From NCBI GenBank assembly GCA_020137815.1, contig CM035355.1, positions 6,572,001-6,636,000 on the forward strand: DNA of 64,000 nt, written 5' to 3'. Position 1 is the first letter of the stretch. Each line of letters begins with the position of its first letter. Both the position numbers and the translations under genes were made by a program. The stretch is from Hormiphora californensis. Lineage: Eukaryota > Animalia > Ctenophora. Below the pieces are notes generated by a model. It saw nothing but the letters and a program-made list of their open reading frames with translations. It made no database searches and was not told the origin of the DNA. This document shows, in pieces, positions 1 to 11,725 of the stretch.

Positions 1-659
1 CCATCTTTCGGCTGATACCAAGTGATTATGCCACTCTAGACCAGATCTGATACCTTCTCCCTGTTTTATCTGGTAATGGGTGGGTTAGCACATTTCTAAC
101 CACAGTCATCTAACCAGAATAATCTATTTCAGGAAGCCTACATTGGAACACGTTGACCCACTCTTCCGATTCAGCGGAAACCATTACACAGGTGTGTATT
201 AGGGCCTGTTTTTATCTTTCTTATTTTACCATGATGTATAAACCTTTCCAAATGAATAGCAACGTGATGCTAAACGTATTCATACTGTCTGAGACACCTT
301 GACACAGATCTTGTCTCTCAACTGTCTTATAATCAGTATTTCTAACACGTTTACACTGTTTGCAGGTCAATTGAGGAAACTGGATTCTATCAAGTTGAAA
401 GAACGGACAAGTCTTCAAATTTGAAATTCCCATTGGTGAAGTTGACGAGGGACAGACGACCTTGCTGGCGAGAGAGTGCAGTAGACGAGCCGAACTGGCG
501 ATAAATCATGAGGATGAATTTAATTTGATTTGTTTTAATTTTGAAATTTACATGACTTGTTTATCTTTGTCGGAAAAAGGTCGGATGCCATGGTATTGGT
601 TGGATCGGGAAGGCTCGCGGTTCATTTAGGGCGTCCTGTCAGGCCAATGCTCTGTCTAG

Positions 660-1035
660 CAGGTAGGCGGTAAATGTTAACCAGATCTGTGAGAATTTCG
701 CACGTTTTTGCCCATAACTCAGTCATTTCTTGACCAATTTGCAAAATCTTTGGCTCATTGGAAAGAGGACATTGAGATCTCTCAAATGAGCTCAAGAAAA
801 TGAAAATTGGTGCAAATTGCGCGGCGTGGTGGCGAAAACGCGCATTTTGCGCCATGACGCCGCGCATTTTGCGCCGATTTTAGTTTTATTGGGCTCATTT
901 GAAAGAGCTCAATGTCCTCTTTCCAACGCGCCCAAGATTTTGCAAATTGGTCAAGAAATGACTGAATTATGGACAAAAACGTGGTGTTGCACGTACGTTT
1001 TCTCTCAGATCTGGTTAACATTTACCGCCTACCTG
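660..1035. mobile_element. Fold-back MITE (~376 bp) with 5-bp TSD
   Basis: Termini caggtaggcggtaaatgttaaccagatctg ... cagatctggttaacatttaccgcctacctg. The interior is an imperfect palindrome. Flanked by tctag at 655-659 and 1036-1040, inserted in a unit of the adjacent 31-bp satellite. Confidence 0.85.
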
Positions 1036-1044
1036 TCTAGCAGC

Positions 1045-2027
1045 GCCCTGCCATGCCAATGCTCTGTCTGGCGGCGTCCTATCAGGCCAATACTCTGTCT
1101 GGCGCTGTCTGGCGGCGCCAGACCCCAATTTGATTCTCAGTGCGCTCAGATGGGTCGCGGCGCCAGACAGGTCTGGCGGCGCCCTATCAGGCCAATGCTC
1201 TGTCTGGCGGCGTCATGTCAGGCCAATACTCTGTCTGGCGGCGCCCTGTCAGGCCAATGCTCCGTCTGGCGGCGCCCTGTCAGAACAATGCTCTGTCTGG
1301 CGGCGCCCTATCAGGCCAATGCTCTGTTTGGCGGCGTCCTGTCAGGCCAATGCTCTGTCTGGTGGCGTCCTGTCAGGCCAATGCCCTGTCTGGCGGCGCC
1401 CTGTCAGGCCAATGCTCTGTCTGGTGGCGTCCTGTCAGGCCAATGCCCTGTCTGGCGGCGTCCTGTCAAGCCAATGCTCTGTCTGGCGGCGCCCTATCAG
1501 GCCAATGCTCTGTCTGGCGGCGTCCTGTTATGCCAATGCTCTGTCTGGCGGCGTCCTGTCAGGCCAATGCTCTGTCTGGCGGCGTCCTGTCAGGCCAATG
1601 CTCTGTCTGGTGGCGTCCTGTCAGGCCAATGGTCCGTCTGGCGGCGCCCTATCAGGCCAATGCTCTGTCTGGCGGCGTCCTGTCAGAACAATGCTCTGTC
1701 TGGCGGCGCCCTGTCAGGCCAATGCTCTGTCTGGTGGCGTCCTGTCAGGCCAATGCCCTGTCTGGCGGCGCCCTGTCAGGCCAATGCACTGTCTGGCGGC
1801 GTCCTGTCAAGCCAATGCTTTGTCTGGTGGCGCCCTATCAGGCCAATGCTCTGTCTGGCGGCGCCCTGTCAGAACAATGCTCTGTCTGGTGGCGCCCTAT
1901 CAGGTCAATGCTCTGTCTGGCGGCGCCCTCTCAGGCCAATGCTCTGTTTGGAGGCGTCCTGTCAGGCCAATGCTCTGTCTGGCCAATGCTCTGTCTGGCG
2001 GCGTCCTGTCAGGACAATGCTCTGTCT
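1045..2027 (+). repeat. 31-bp tandem minisatellite (ctgtcaggccaatgctctgtctggcggcgyc), ~29 units
   Basis: Direct 31-nt periodicity. The long ORFs in all three + frames are a by-product of a stop-free unit. Confidence 0.95.
1105..1170. mobile_element. 66-bp micro-MITE with 8-bp TSD
   Basis: TIR ctgtctggcg...cgccagacag. TSD gtctggcg at 1097-1104 and 1171-1178. Inverted copy at 3026-3093. Confidence 0.8.
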
Positions 2028-2183
2028 AAGTCTTGGGCACGTCGCGCCCCTCATGTTCGGCGAACATTGTTCGCCCGCCTGAATGGCGATCCCCTACGCG
2101 GGCAAACTGTTAGTAACACGCGCTCAGATTAGAGAATCAAATGGGGTATGGCGCCGCCATACAGCGCCAGGCAGGATGCCTAG

Positions 2184-3198
2184 TAGTAGAGGCAATAATT
2201 ACACTCACCTCCTCTGATTTCTATGGAACTTCTCCCATGCTAAGAGGTGGCAATAGAGGTTCAAATACCGCTGAGTTTAAGTCTGAACAATGTTCGGTTC
2301 GTCAATTATCGCTAATTGAAAAACGCCAAAATGGCCTAAAATCGCCCTAAGTTCCGAATTGAAATATTGGAGTTGAGACTCCAGACTTCGTGGAGATGTC
2401 CGCTAGGATGACAATATGCACCAAAATCGGACGGAAGCCTAAATTCGTCCGAATTCGGTACGAAAAGCCGGGTAGACTGAATTTTGGTCACGTGACATGG
2501 GTCCAAAATCAGTTTTTTGCCATTTACGCCTTTCCTGTACGTCGGAGACTAAAAATATGGCCAGTACTTGTCATTTCCATCGCTTTCTGCATCTTTTAAG
2601 CCCCCTATAAATATCCCTTACTCCAACGGTTCAGTAGTTAGAGTTTTTCAGGGGACTAAATGACGTCACTTCTGAACCGTTGAAGTAAGGGATATTTATA
2701 GGGGGCTTAAAAGATGCAGAAAGCGATGGAAATGACAAATACTGGCCATATTTTTAGTCTCCAACGTACAGGAAAGGCGTAAATGGCAAAAAACTGATTT
2801 TGGACCCATGTCACGTGACCAAAATTCAGTCTACCCGGCGTTTCGTACCGAATTCGGACGAATTTAGGCTTACGTCCGATTTTGGTGCATATTGTCATCC
2901 TAGCGGACATCTCCACGAAGTCTGGAGTCTCAACTCCAAAATTTCAATTCGGAACTTAGGGCGATTTTAGGCGATTTTGGCGTTTTTAAATTAGCGATAA
3001 TTAACGAACCGAACATTGTTCAGACCTGTCTGGCGCCGCGACCCATCTGAGCGCACTGTCAGAATCAAATTGGGGTCTGGCGCCGCCAGACAGGTTCAGA
3101 CTTAAACTCTGTGGTATTTGAACCTCTATTGCCACCTCTTAGCATGGGAGAAGTTTCATAGAAATCAGAGGAGGTGAGTGTAATTATTGCCTCTACTA
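2184..3198. mobile_element. ~1-kb fold-back (palindromic) non-autonomous DNA element
   Basis: Arms ~2184-2632 and ~2673-3198 are near-perfect reverse complements (mirror ORFs 2390..2599+ and 2707..2916-). TA at both ends. Confidence 0.85.
3026..3093. mobile_element. 68-bp micro-MITE nested in the fold-back element
   Basis: Absent from the opposite arm. TSD gttcagac at 3018-3025 and 3094-3101. Confidence 0.9.
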
Positions 3199-3608
3199 TA
3201 GCAGCTCATGATCTGAATATTGATGATATCGAAACAGAGAACAAGGTATTTGAAAAGTTGAAATAAAAGTTGTTTTAACACATTTTTCTGAACCCTTTCT
3301 GATTCTGACTAGAATATTGAACAACATACTCCGATAATTTCTCTCATAGTATGAGTCATACATATCTTGCTCTCTCTCAAAACTAGGAAAGCCTAATGGC
3401 TAATGACCTAATTTTAAAGAAGAATATATTTTGTAGTCCCATTTATCGTTTCTAGGATACATCAAAATAATTTACATAAAATATAGCAAGCATCACAGTG
3501 AAGGGGAGAGAGTTGAGCCACACTCACAGTTCCGACATCTATCACACATTCAACTTGAAGTTGAATGGGAGCAAGGAAACTTGAATGAACAAAATCTCAA
3601 ATACTTGT

Positions 3609-6600
3609 TCATGTCTCTATCGTAGTTTTCTTACAATCAATCACAGTTCTTGTCTGATTAGTGTACGCCACCTTCAGCTCATCTAAATAGACCATGGCCG
3701 TCTCGGGGTCAGGGTAACCTAGAGTCGCCGTAACCTTAGCAACCGAAATGGAAGGTTTATAAGCCTTCACCATACTATACATGGCTGCATTCCTCTCTCT
3801 CTGCACAAAAGTGTCCATTAGGTAGCCAGACATCTTAGGTGCTGTAAGGTAGAGTTTAAAGAATCGGTAATAGTTCCGTGTTGCCCAGGCATTGAAGACA
3901 GACACTCCAAACTTAACGTCCTCGCTACTTTTCTGTTCAACGGATAACTTTGCAATCAGTTTCATAGCATCAGAGGTGTTTTTGATGTATATGTAGTAGA
4001 GGATTCGGTAGGTTAGGAACTCCTGGAAGGAAAGGGATTGTGAGTGTGATGGTTTTAAGACAATCAGATTGAGTTTAGAGTTAGAAAGAAGGGGAGAGGG
4101 GGCAGGGGCAACGTCCAAGGAGCAACCACACAAATCATAATGGGCTTAATAACATTTACCTCGGGGTTTCCTTGTCCCTGGTTCTGTGGGTACAGATCCA
4201 TTAGCCGTGTCTGACACTGATTATACTCAGTGGTATCGAGCCGCTCCAGAGCTATCCTCGCATGGCACTCATATACCTTGACAGCAAAGGCGTTCTTGAT
4301 GTCTTGAATCTGGTGTTGGAGGATTTGGGATGAGAATTATAGGGACGATATTGATGGCAGTACTTTCTGCAGTGCTTCATTTTAACAAGATCTCGGATTA
4401 TGGCATACGTGACAGCTCTCATTGCTTGGTATCGAAGACACCGCACGCTGGCAAGGGGTAACTTCGTAACCAATCTCATTGCTGCCTCTTATTCCTTCGA
4501 AACTGGGCCCTATTCCCCCTGATTGATGACTATTTACTCACAATTAGATCCTGTCTAATGCTCTTCAGTTGTTCACACACAAATGTGTAATTCTGGTCTT
4601 TCTTCCATCTGTTGACCACGTGAGTCAATGCCTTTACGAGGATGTGCTCGGGACGAACTTGATCGGCTGTTGGGGCCTGGGAAAGGAGTGTGTGAGTGAA
4701 TCCGGGAGAGAGAGGGAAGGAGGCACAGACAGACAGACTGAAACACAGGCAGACAGATTATTTAGGCAGATAGATATTTAGACAGACAGACAGACAGACA
4801 GATAGACAGACAGATCCACTCACGCATGTTAAACGAAGGTACGGTTTCTCTAGTGATGTCATAGTACCCACAAGATGACCATCCGAGAAATGATACTCTT
4901 CACCCTGGAAATAACAATTATTATTGCTCAAATTATTGCTCAATTATTGCTCAAATATCAGTGGTCATCCGACATAATTGCCATGTCTCGACGTGAACTT
5001 CGATGTGGAATTCGACGAGAGTTAGCAGGCGTTCAGATGTTGTGAACGCCTGCTGTGCGCGGCGCATTGGCACGTGCATCTTGGGCGCTGGCAGGCTTCT
5101 ATATGTTACAACATGCGCCACGCACAGCAGGCGTTCACAACATCTGAACGCCTGCTAACTCTCGTCGAATTCCACATCGAAGTTCACGTCGAGATATGGC
5201 AATTATGTCGGATGACCACTGTATTGCTCAAATCACAAAGTGTTCGATCAAAACTGACAAAATGTCGAGACGGTAGACCAGATCAGAGAAGTAAACTGGT
5301 AATTTCTCGAGTCATGATAACGTACCCCTGTTTTGTTAGCGGACTGCATCATAGAGCTGATGGTATCATTAACCGAGATAGAGATCTCCTTCTTGAACCT
5401 GCTCGCCCTACCCTCCTTCTTCTCAGCTGTATCAAAAGTGATATTCCCGATACAGCTGCCCGCTTGTTGTTGTTCCTGGTTTTGGTTCTGTTTCCCACGT
5501 CCCTTCTGACCTCGTCCCCGGCCTCTACCCCGACCCCTTCCTCGGCCAGGTCCAGCTTCTCCACCAGGACCTCCCCGTCCTCTTCCCCTGCTGTTTTTAC
5601 CTCCTCTACCAGCACCGCTGGAGGAAAAGATCAGATTATAACAAACATTTAATTGGGGGATGATTATAATGCACTGCCTCCCAAAAAAGAACTAAAGAAA
5701 CATGTAACTAACAGTGGTATGAAGTCTGAGCTGCTATCTCCCATGTCATCATCCTCATCACCAGGCTTGAACATGTTACCTGAACAGGGGGAGGGGATAT
5801 TAGCTACACAAGGGAGAGAGTATAGGGAGAGGTTGGTACCTAACTTCAGGTTATTCTAACGTCTCGTATCCAAACGAATCACGACATCGTGCCTGTAACT
5901 TACGCCTCTGATTCATTTTCTGCTTGTATCGGTTGGATGGTTGGAAGGAAGGTACCTCTTCGTTCAGATAACTCTCTTTGATACTATTGGCTATCATCTG
6001 AGCTCGCGCAAGGGCGGGATCCGGGGGAGGTGGGGCAGCCTGGAGATAATTAGGGTCATAATTAGGGTTCAATTTTAAAGCCGAGACATTGAACTTGAAC
6101 AGTAGAGTTTAGCCAGGGAGCGTGTGAGTACAAGAATCACACAAAACACAACTTACGTTTTGAAGGGGGTTGTTTGGTGAGGGTCCGACTCCAAATCTGC
6201 TGGGTCGACCTTTGAATGAGAAGTTGACTTTGTTCTTTCCCGGGGATTGGGAGTAGGGGTTATTATTTGGTTTGTCTGTTGGATCTGGCTTCTTGGACAT
6301 TTTAGCTTGGATGGAGTTTGTTGGACCACTGAAAAGACAGACGGATGAGAAAATGGGATTCATTGTCAATTGTGTAGCTGATAAATCGTGATACCTACGA
6401 ATCACATCGTCGCACTGACGAACGAAGCAGGCAAATTTGCATTATATTAGGTAAAGTTCAATGGTGGGAACTGGGATCTAGACTTACTGAAGGGTAGGCT
6501 CATTCTCCCAATCCGTAGTCCAGATCATGTCTGCACTGCTGTTATTTCCCTTTAACTTGTTCTTCAAAAACACCTCTGTAGCATCCTTCTCACGTTCATT

Positions 6601-8081
6601 ACTACAACCCGCAAAACATCTCGTGACGTATTGTCTCAGTGATGCTGGCCAGTTTTGGGGGTCTACATTTGATTTGTCGTCCTTTTTGTTTGAAGATGAA
6701 GGTGGTGGTGGTTTGTTGTGGTTTGAGGGTGGGTGAGGGAAGTCTTGGGGTGAGTAACCAGGCGGTGGACCGTTGTTGTTGTATCCTGCAGAGAGGGGAA
6801 GGAGGTGTCAGATTTCCAGGTTGTTTGTTTTTATGTCAAAACTCCCTTGTCCCCTCTCCTTAATCTGCAAACAATCCCTTGAATTTTACTTACCACCATT
6901 ATAGTTTGGAGGTTGGTTAAATCGGGATTTCCGTTTGTTGTTTGGTCTTTGGGGTGAGTCATGAAACCCACCTCCACCACCTAGAACACAAGTTGTAAGA
7001 TAATTGTAATAACACTCTCTTCTCCTTACCTGTCCAGACAAACAAACAGACAACAGAGACACAAACACGTGACATCTTTGGGGGTCATTCATTGACGGTG
7101 AGAGATAGAGAGAATCCTTCATCAGCTTAGAGACCAATCTTCTTTTGTTGAAATTGCTTCGTCTTGCTCCCTCCCGGAATATTATTTTTACTCTGTTCCG
7201 TGGTTAACATAAACTTGATCATCAGAAGAAACTTAATCGTCTGATCTTTCTCTTTACAAAACTTGAAAATAACTGTACTCACGACTTTCCGGGTTTATTA
7301 TTTCTTAGGCTGATGATATTGAGGAAGCTATCGTCACTTAATTTATCTCGTTTATAATCTTTTCCGTTCCACATTTTCTTCATTTCTCACACACCCTGAG
7401 TATGTGTGAGCGGCACAAGACAACAAACGGACACACAATTATTTTACCATTATTACTATTCCCATGCACAACATCAGCGAAAGATCGGCCGTTCTGCCAG
7501 GCTGATCCTGGTCCTGAACTGCCCCAGGGTTGAGGGTTGGAGGAGGGAGGTTGTGGTGGTGGTGCAGGGGCACTATCATAATACCCGAACTTGTCACCCG
7601 CGGCTGGTGGTGGTGGAGGTGGTTGAGGGATCCCTGAGGGCATTACACCCGGGGGAGGTGGTGGTAGATCAGTGGGGAAATGTTCTGTTGAGGACGCTCC
7701 GGAGGCTGTTTTGGATCGTTTAGTGGGTGGTGGATCACACACTCCAGGGGGTGGAGGAGGGTGGGCTGGGTCGTCGTCAGGAGGGGGTGGGGGTTGAGTG
7801 GGAGGTGGGGGTGGAGGAAACCAGGCGTTAGAATCGACCCCTCCCCAGGGGGTGTTTTGATCATAACCAGAGGTGCCAGGAGGGCCTTGTTGTTGTTGCT
7901 GACCGTAGTAGGCGTCGTAACTACCGTAGTAGCCCCAATAATCGGACCTGGAGAGGGTGAAACACATTAAAAAACACTCAAAATATTGCTTAGAGCAGGG
8001 GGGGGGGGTTGGATGACACAAATATTGAAGCACTGAATGTAACTCTAAAACTACGTACCCTGATTGATTCTGATAGTCCAT
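3609..8081 (-). CDS. LENG8: LENG8/THP3-like SAC3/GANP-family RNA-processing protein, multi-exon
   Basis: Pro/Tyr-rich N-terminus. WPASLRQYVTRCF...DWENEP motif (~6490-6655), LVGTMTSLEKPYLRLT (~4825-4880), EFLTYRILYYIY...NYYRFFKLY...APKMSGYLMD in the last exon. GT-AG introns between ORF pieces. Confidence 0.85.
4959..5221. mobile_element. Hairpin MITE in a LENG8 intron
   Basis: ~105-bp near-perfect inverted arms cagtggtcatccgacataattgcc...ggcaattatgtcggatgaccactg, with 3-bp flanking duplication tat. Confidence 0.9.
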
Positions 8082-8350
8082 CAGGAGATATTGAACGGTC
8101 CAATTTCTATCTTATCTCCTGTTTTGGATTCAAACCTAAAACGGTCTTTGGCCTTGCTACACGAAAGAAGAGAAATGGTTAGGGGAACGCGTGTGCGACA
8201 ACTGCTGAAACGGTGTGCTTTCATTAGATTGAAATGGCAAGTAAAAGGGGCGCGCGCGCTCTGAGCAGTGATTCAGAGCACGACACGCGCTCCGACACAC
8301 AAATTTAAATACTTCGCACAGACAAAATGACAAAAAACAAAATAACCCTC

Positions 8351-11300
8351 TCACGCTATGAAATACTCCGATGTACAAGGTTCCTTCCCTCCTTCTCCTT
8401 CCTCCTTCTCACACTGTCCTAACATGGCACTCGACACCACAAAATTACTGTGATACAGCTGTGCAACCAAAATATGGACACACACTCCCTGACCGCATTT
8501 ACACTTAAACATATGACTCCGTTCGTTATAACTCACCAGAACCCGATTAGTTTTGGAGTAAAACTGAGGTGTCGTAGCGGTGGAGACACTATAATATGTG
8601 GTAACGGGTCGACAGGTGCTCGCTTGAGGGTAATAGGGTTTAATAACTGGAACTCTCAACTCCGCACAATTGTCGATCAGAACATTGACATCAGTTTTCA
8701 TTTGCTCATCGTAATTGTAGAACAAGTCGATTGAGGTTAGGGGTGGTAGATCGGGGCCTGTTTCTGACATCTCAGTTTTGTCCCGTACGAACTGCTCACA
8801 AGCACTGACATGTTGGCACTTAGTTACTTTTGATGGCATACACCCGTTCTCACAGTATGTAACATTGGACGAAGGACCTGCCCTGAAAATAACATGAACG
8901 GGCATGCCTGGGCCTTGTGTACTCCCTCTCACTAAAAACACCCTGTTTAGCTTATCAAGCAGCTCAACTTGTAAATCAAGCGCCTGACCCCGGGGTTTTG
9001 CCCTATTTTTAGGTTTTATACACTTGATATAGTGCAGCTTGACCCTCTCCAACCGGCGTGCAATGTACACCCTACACGCGGGACAGTGGTAATGTGTTGC
9101 TCTGTTCCTCTCCTGGACCTGGCACTCTTCTGGGACAGTCCTAGAACACTTCTCAAACAACTCATCAGAAACATCATCTGGAGTGTTCTTCCTTATCGCT
9201 CGTTTCTTGCTGCATAATAGTGCCATTGGGTCGCTGGGTAGGGACCTTTTCCTACTTTGGAGCATGACACAGTACTGTTGTAGTGCTGCTGAGGTTTCGA
9301 TAATAAACTGAACCTTGGGGGTCACCGTGGAGAGTGAGCTATAGTTTGAGTAGGTACAACACGCAGCTTGGTGCTTCCGAAGTGACCTGAGTTTCCTATC
9401 TACATATATATCACAACACATACAATGGAGATGAAGATTCTTCCTGTGGTGATGGTGGTGGTGTCCACCACCCCGTCCACTACCACCCCTCTCACCCTCC
9501 TCCTCCTCTAGACAATAGGGACTGTAGCAGAGTTTAAAGGTGATGAGATTCTGGTCGTGGGTACAACCACCACCACCATTACTGGCAGGTTCAGGGGGGT
9601 CAGGAGGGGTGTTGATTATGTCCCGTGGTTCCATGGTGACTTCAACAGAGCCAGGAGTTGTGGTGGTGTTATGGACCATCATGGGTAGGGATTTACAGCA
9701 GAGAACTTGGTGACGGAGTACCTGGGAGAGGGGGGGGGGGGTAGTTAGTTACACGGCTCTGCTAATTAGTTTTAATTAATTCATTACCTAAGCACCACAG
9801 AGTTATTGCAGTAATTACCGGCGAGTAAGTACGAACCTGGAAAACGTTCTGCTGTGTATGTATTAGACAACAGGGACAGTGGTAGTGAATTGGAAGTTTC
9901 CGAGATCCAGCTGGACAGTCCTCTTCCGACGATCGACACTCCTGACAGGGGGAGTTGTTTTAAAAGACACTCTAATACGGGTATTGATTCAAAAGAAGGC
10001 CAGTACAGGGGATTGACGGAGCTGAGATTGGAGAGGGAAATAAAGATTGTGTGAGGAGACAGTACTCACAGGAAATATAATATAGTCATCGTGTTTACAG
10101 CCCCTTCTTGTGAAGATAGTCTGTCTGGAATCCCTGACACAGTTCCTATAATGTTGCTCTATACGTTCAACACTTGGCTGAGGGAGGGGGAGGCTGTTAT
10201 GTTCTAACCCTCCTTTACAATAATTGAACATTGCATAATTACCCCACAGTTTCAGCGCCTACATGACACACCAAGAAAACGTCCCCCGCAGGGAGATAAT
10301 TTATGAAATAAAATACGGTGTAGCTACACAACTACTACTAAATACCTCGTTATGTTTAAAGCAGCAGGGACAGTGAAAGTGGGCAGCACTCCCAGCACCA
10401 CTAGTAGTCCCCTCTCTACAAAACAGGCCCCTATCCACACACTCACTGAACTCGACAGTGCTGGCTACATAATCTTGGTCTTCCGTTACTTGCTGTGGGA
10501 GGTTCAGGGTCCGGGTATCAACTGTGCCTGTGGAGGTTGTTTTGTTAAAATCCGGGGAGAGAGGGTCGAGCAAAGCATGGGAAAGTTGAATTAGACACGG
10601 TTACGGCGTTATCGAGACCTACCTAGTTCAGTAATTGCTGAAGACACAGATTGTTATGTTCTAATCCTAGGCGGAAACTACTAACTAGCCCATGATCATG
10701 TGTTCAACTAAAATTTCACTACACAGTCACAAGTAATATTGAATTACACAAGACTTGTGTAATTTAATATTACTGAGTGTAATTCACCTAACATTAAACT
10801 ACACATGTTCACCTACTATGAGAGGGGAAGAGGCCCACATCCTCATCAGATCTAGATAGTAAATACTCCTCGGGGTCCGATACAGACATCTCTGCTTCTT
10901 TCTGTACGTCAAACATGCTTGGGTTACTGTCTGCGTACCCTGTGTATGAGAGGGGGTTACTGTCTGCGTACCCTGTGTGAGAGAGGGGGTTACTGTCTGC
11001 GTACCCTGTGTGAGAGAGGGGGTTACTGTCTGCACTCTGCATAGTGCATACCCTGTGTGCGAGAGTAATGCAGTTAATAACACATGGTTATGTGACATGT
11101 GTAATCCCTGTATGTCTAATGTGGTTATGGTGTGGTTAGTTGTGTATTGATACTGATTAATGATGGTCCAGAGAAAGATAGTTGTGTGGTTTGAGAAGGT
11201 CGAAGTGTGGCTAGTGACACATAATTTGGTTACAGACTACAGTGGAATATGAAATGAAATTATGTTGGAATCATCTCTCTTGTGCAACGTACATGATGTC

Positions 11301-11497
11301 CTGCTGCACGTGAGCCATGGTAATGTGACTGTGATGAGTGATGCTCTGTGATGTTTCCCACCACGCTCCCTATTACCGAATGTCTTCATCCATATATCAT
11401 CAGATACCCCACTCATCGAGGGCTGCAGGCTCTGTAGATCGGATGACCGGTACCCTGTTTTGGACATCTTGGTCTTCATCTTGGTCTGTCTCATCAT
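8351..11497 (-). CDS. Cys/His zinc-module protein A (HxHCxxC repeats plus C-terminal double SWIM-like domain), multi-exon, 5' exons uncertain
   Basis: 443-aa last-exon ORF with HLHCMCC, HYHCPAC, GPGMPVHVIF..YCENGC..CQH and KCKCGQGVCVH. Upstream exon HFHCPCC (~10360-10385) splices to PSVERIEQHYRNC (~10179). C-terminal domain shared with ORFs at 17804 and 19324. Confidence 0.7.
10923..11035 (-). repeat. 33-bp tandem repeat (~3.5 copies; ADSNPLSHTGY if coding)
   Basis: Direct repeats of gagagggggttactgtctgcgtaccctgtgtga. Confidence 0.8.
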
Positions 11498-11725
11498 TGC
11501 GTGTTGAGAGAAAGGATATACTTAACGGGGAGTAGAGGTTTTACATTTCTAATAGGAGAGAGATGGAGGGATTTTAGTGGAAGTTGGGTAATTGACGGGG
11601 ATTTTAGGGGAAATTGGGTGATTATGGAACACAAAAAGAAAGAATAAAATTCAAGTGAAAATGTCAACTTATCAACACTAAAAACAGAAATAATTTAGAC
11701 TTAAAACTCCCTCTCTCACCCACAC

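Noticed and set aside
1-433. Possible gene fragment at the window start
   Set aside because: Short ORF with stops downstream in all frames and no recognisable motif.
817-2132. Three long overlapping ORFs / CRISPR-like array
   Set aside because: Stop-free 31-bp tandem unit with no unique spacers and no cas genes, in a eukaryotic context.
6720-6750. Suspected +1 frameshift in a LENG8 exon
   Set aside because: Cross-checking against the ORF track shows the exon reads in frame (DFPHPPSN...WPASL).
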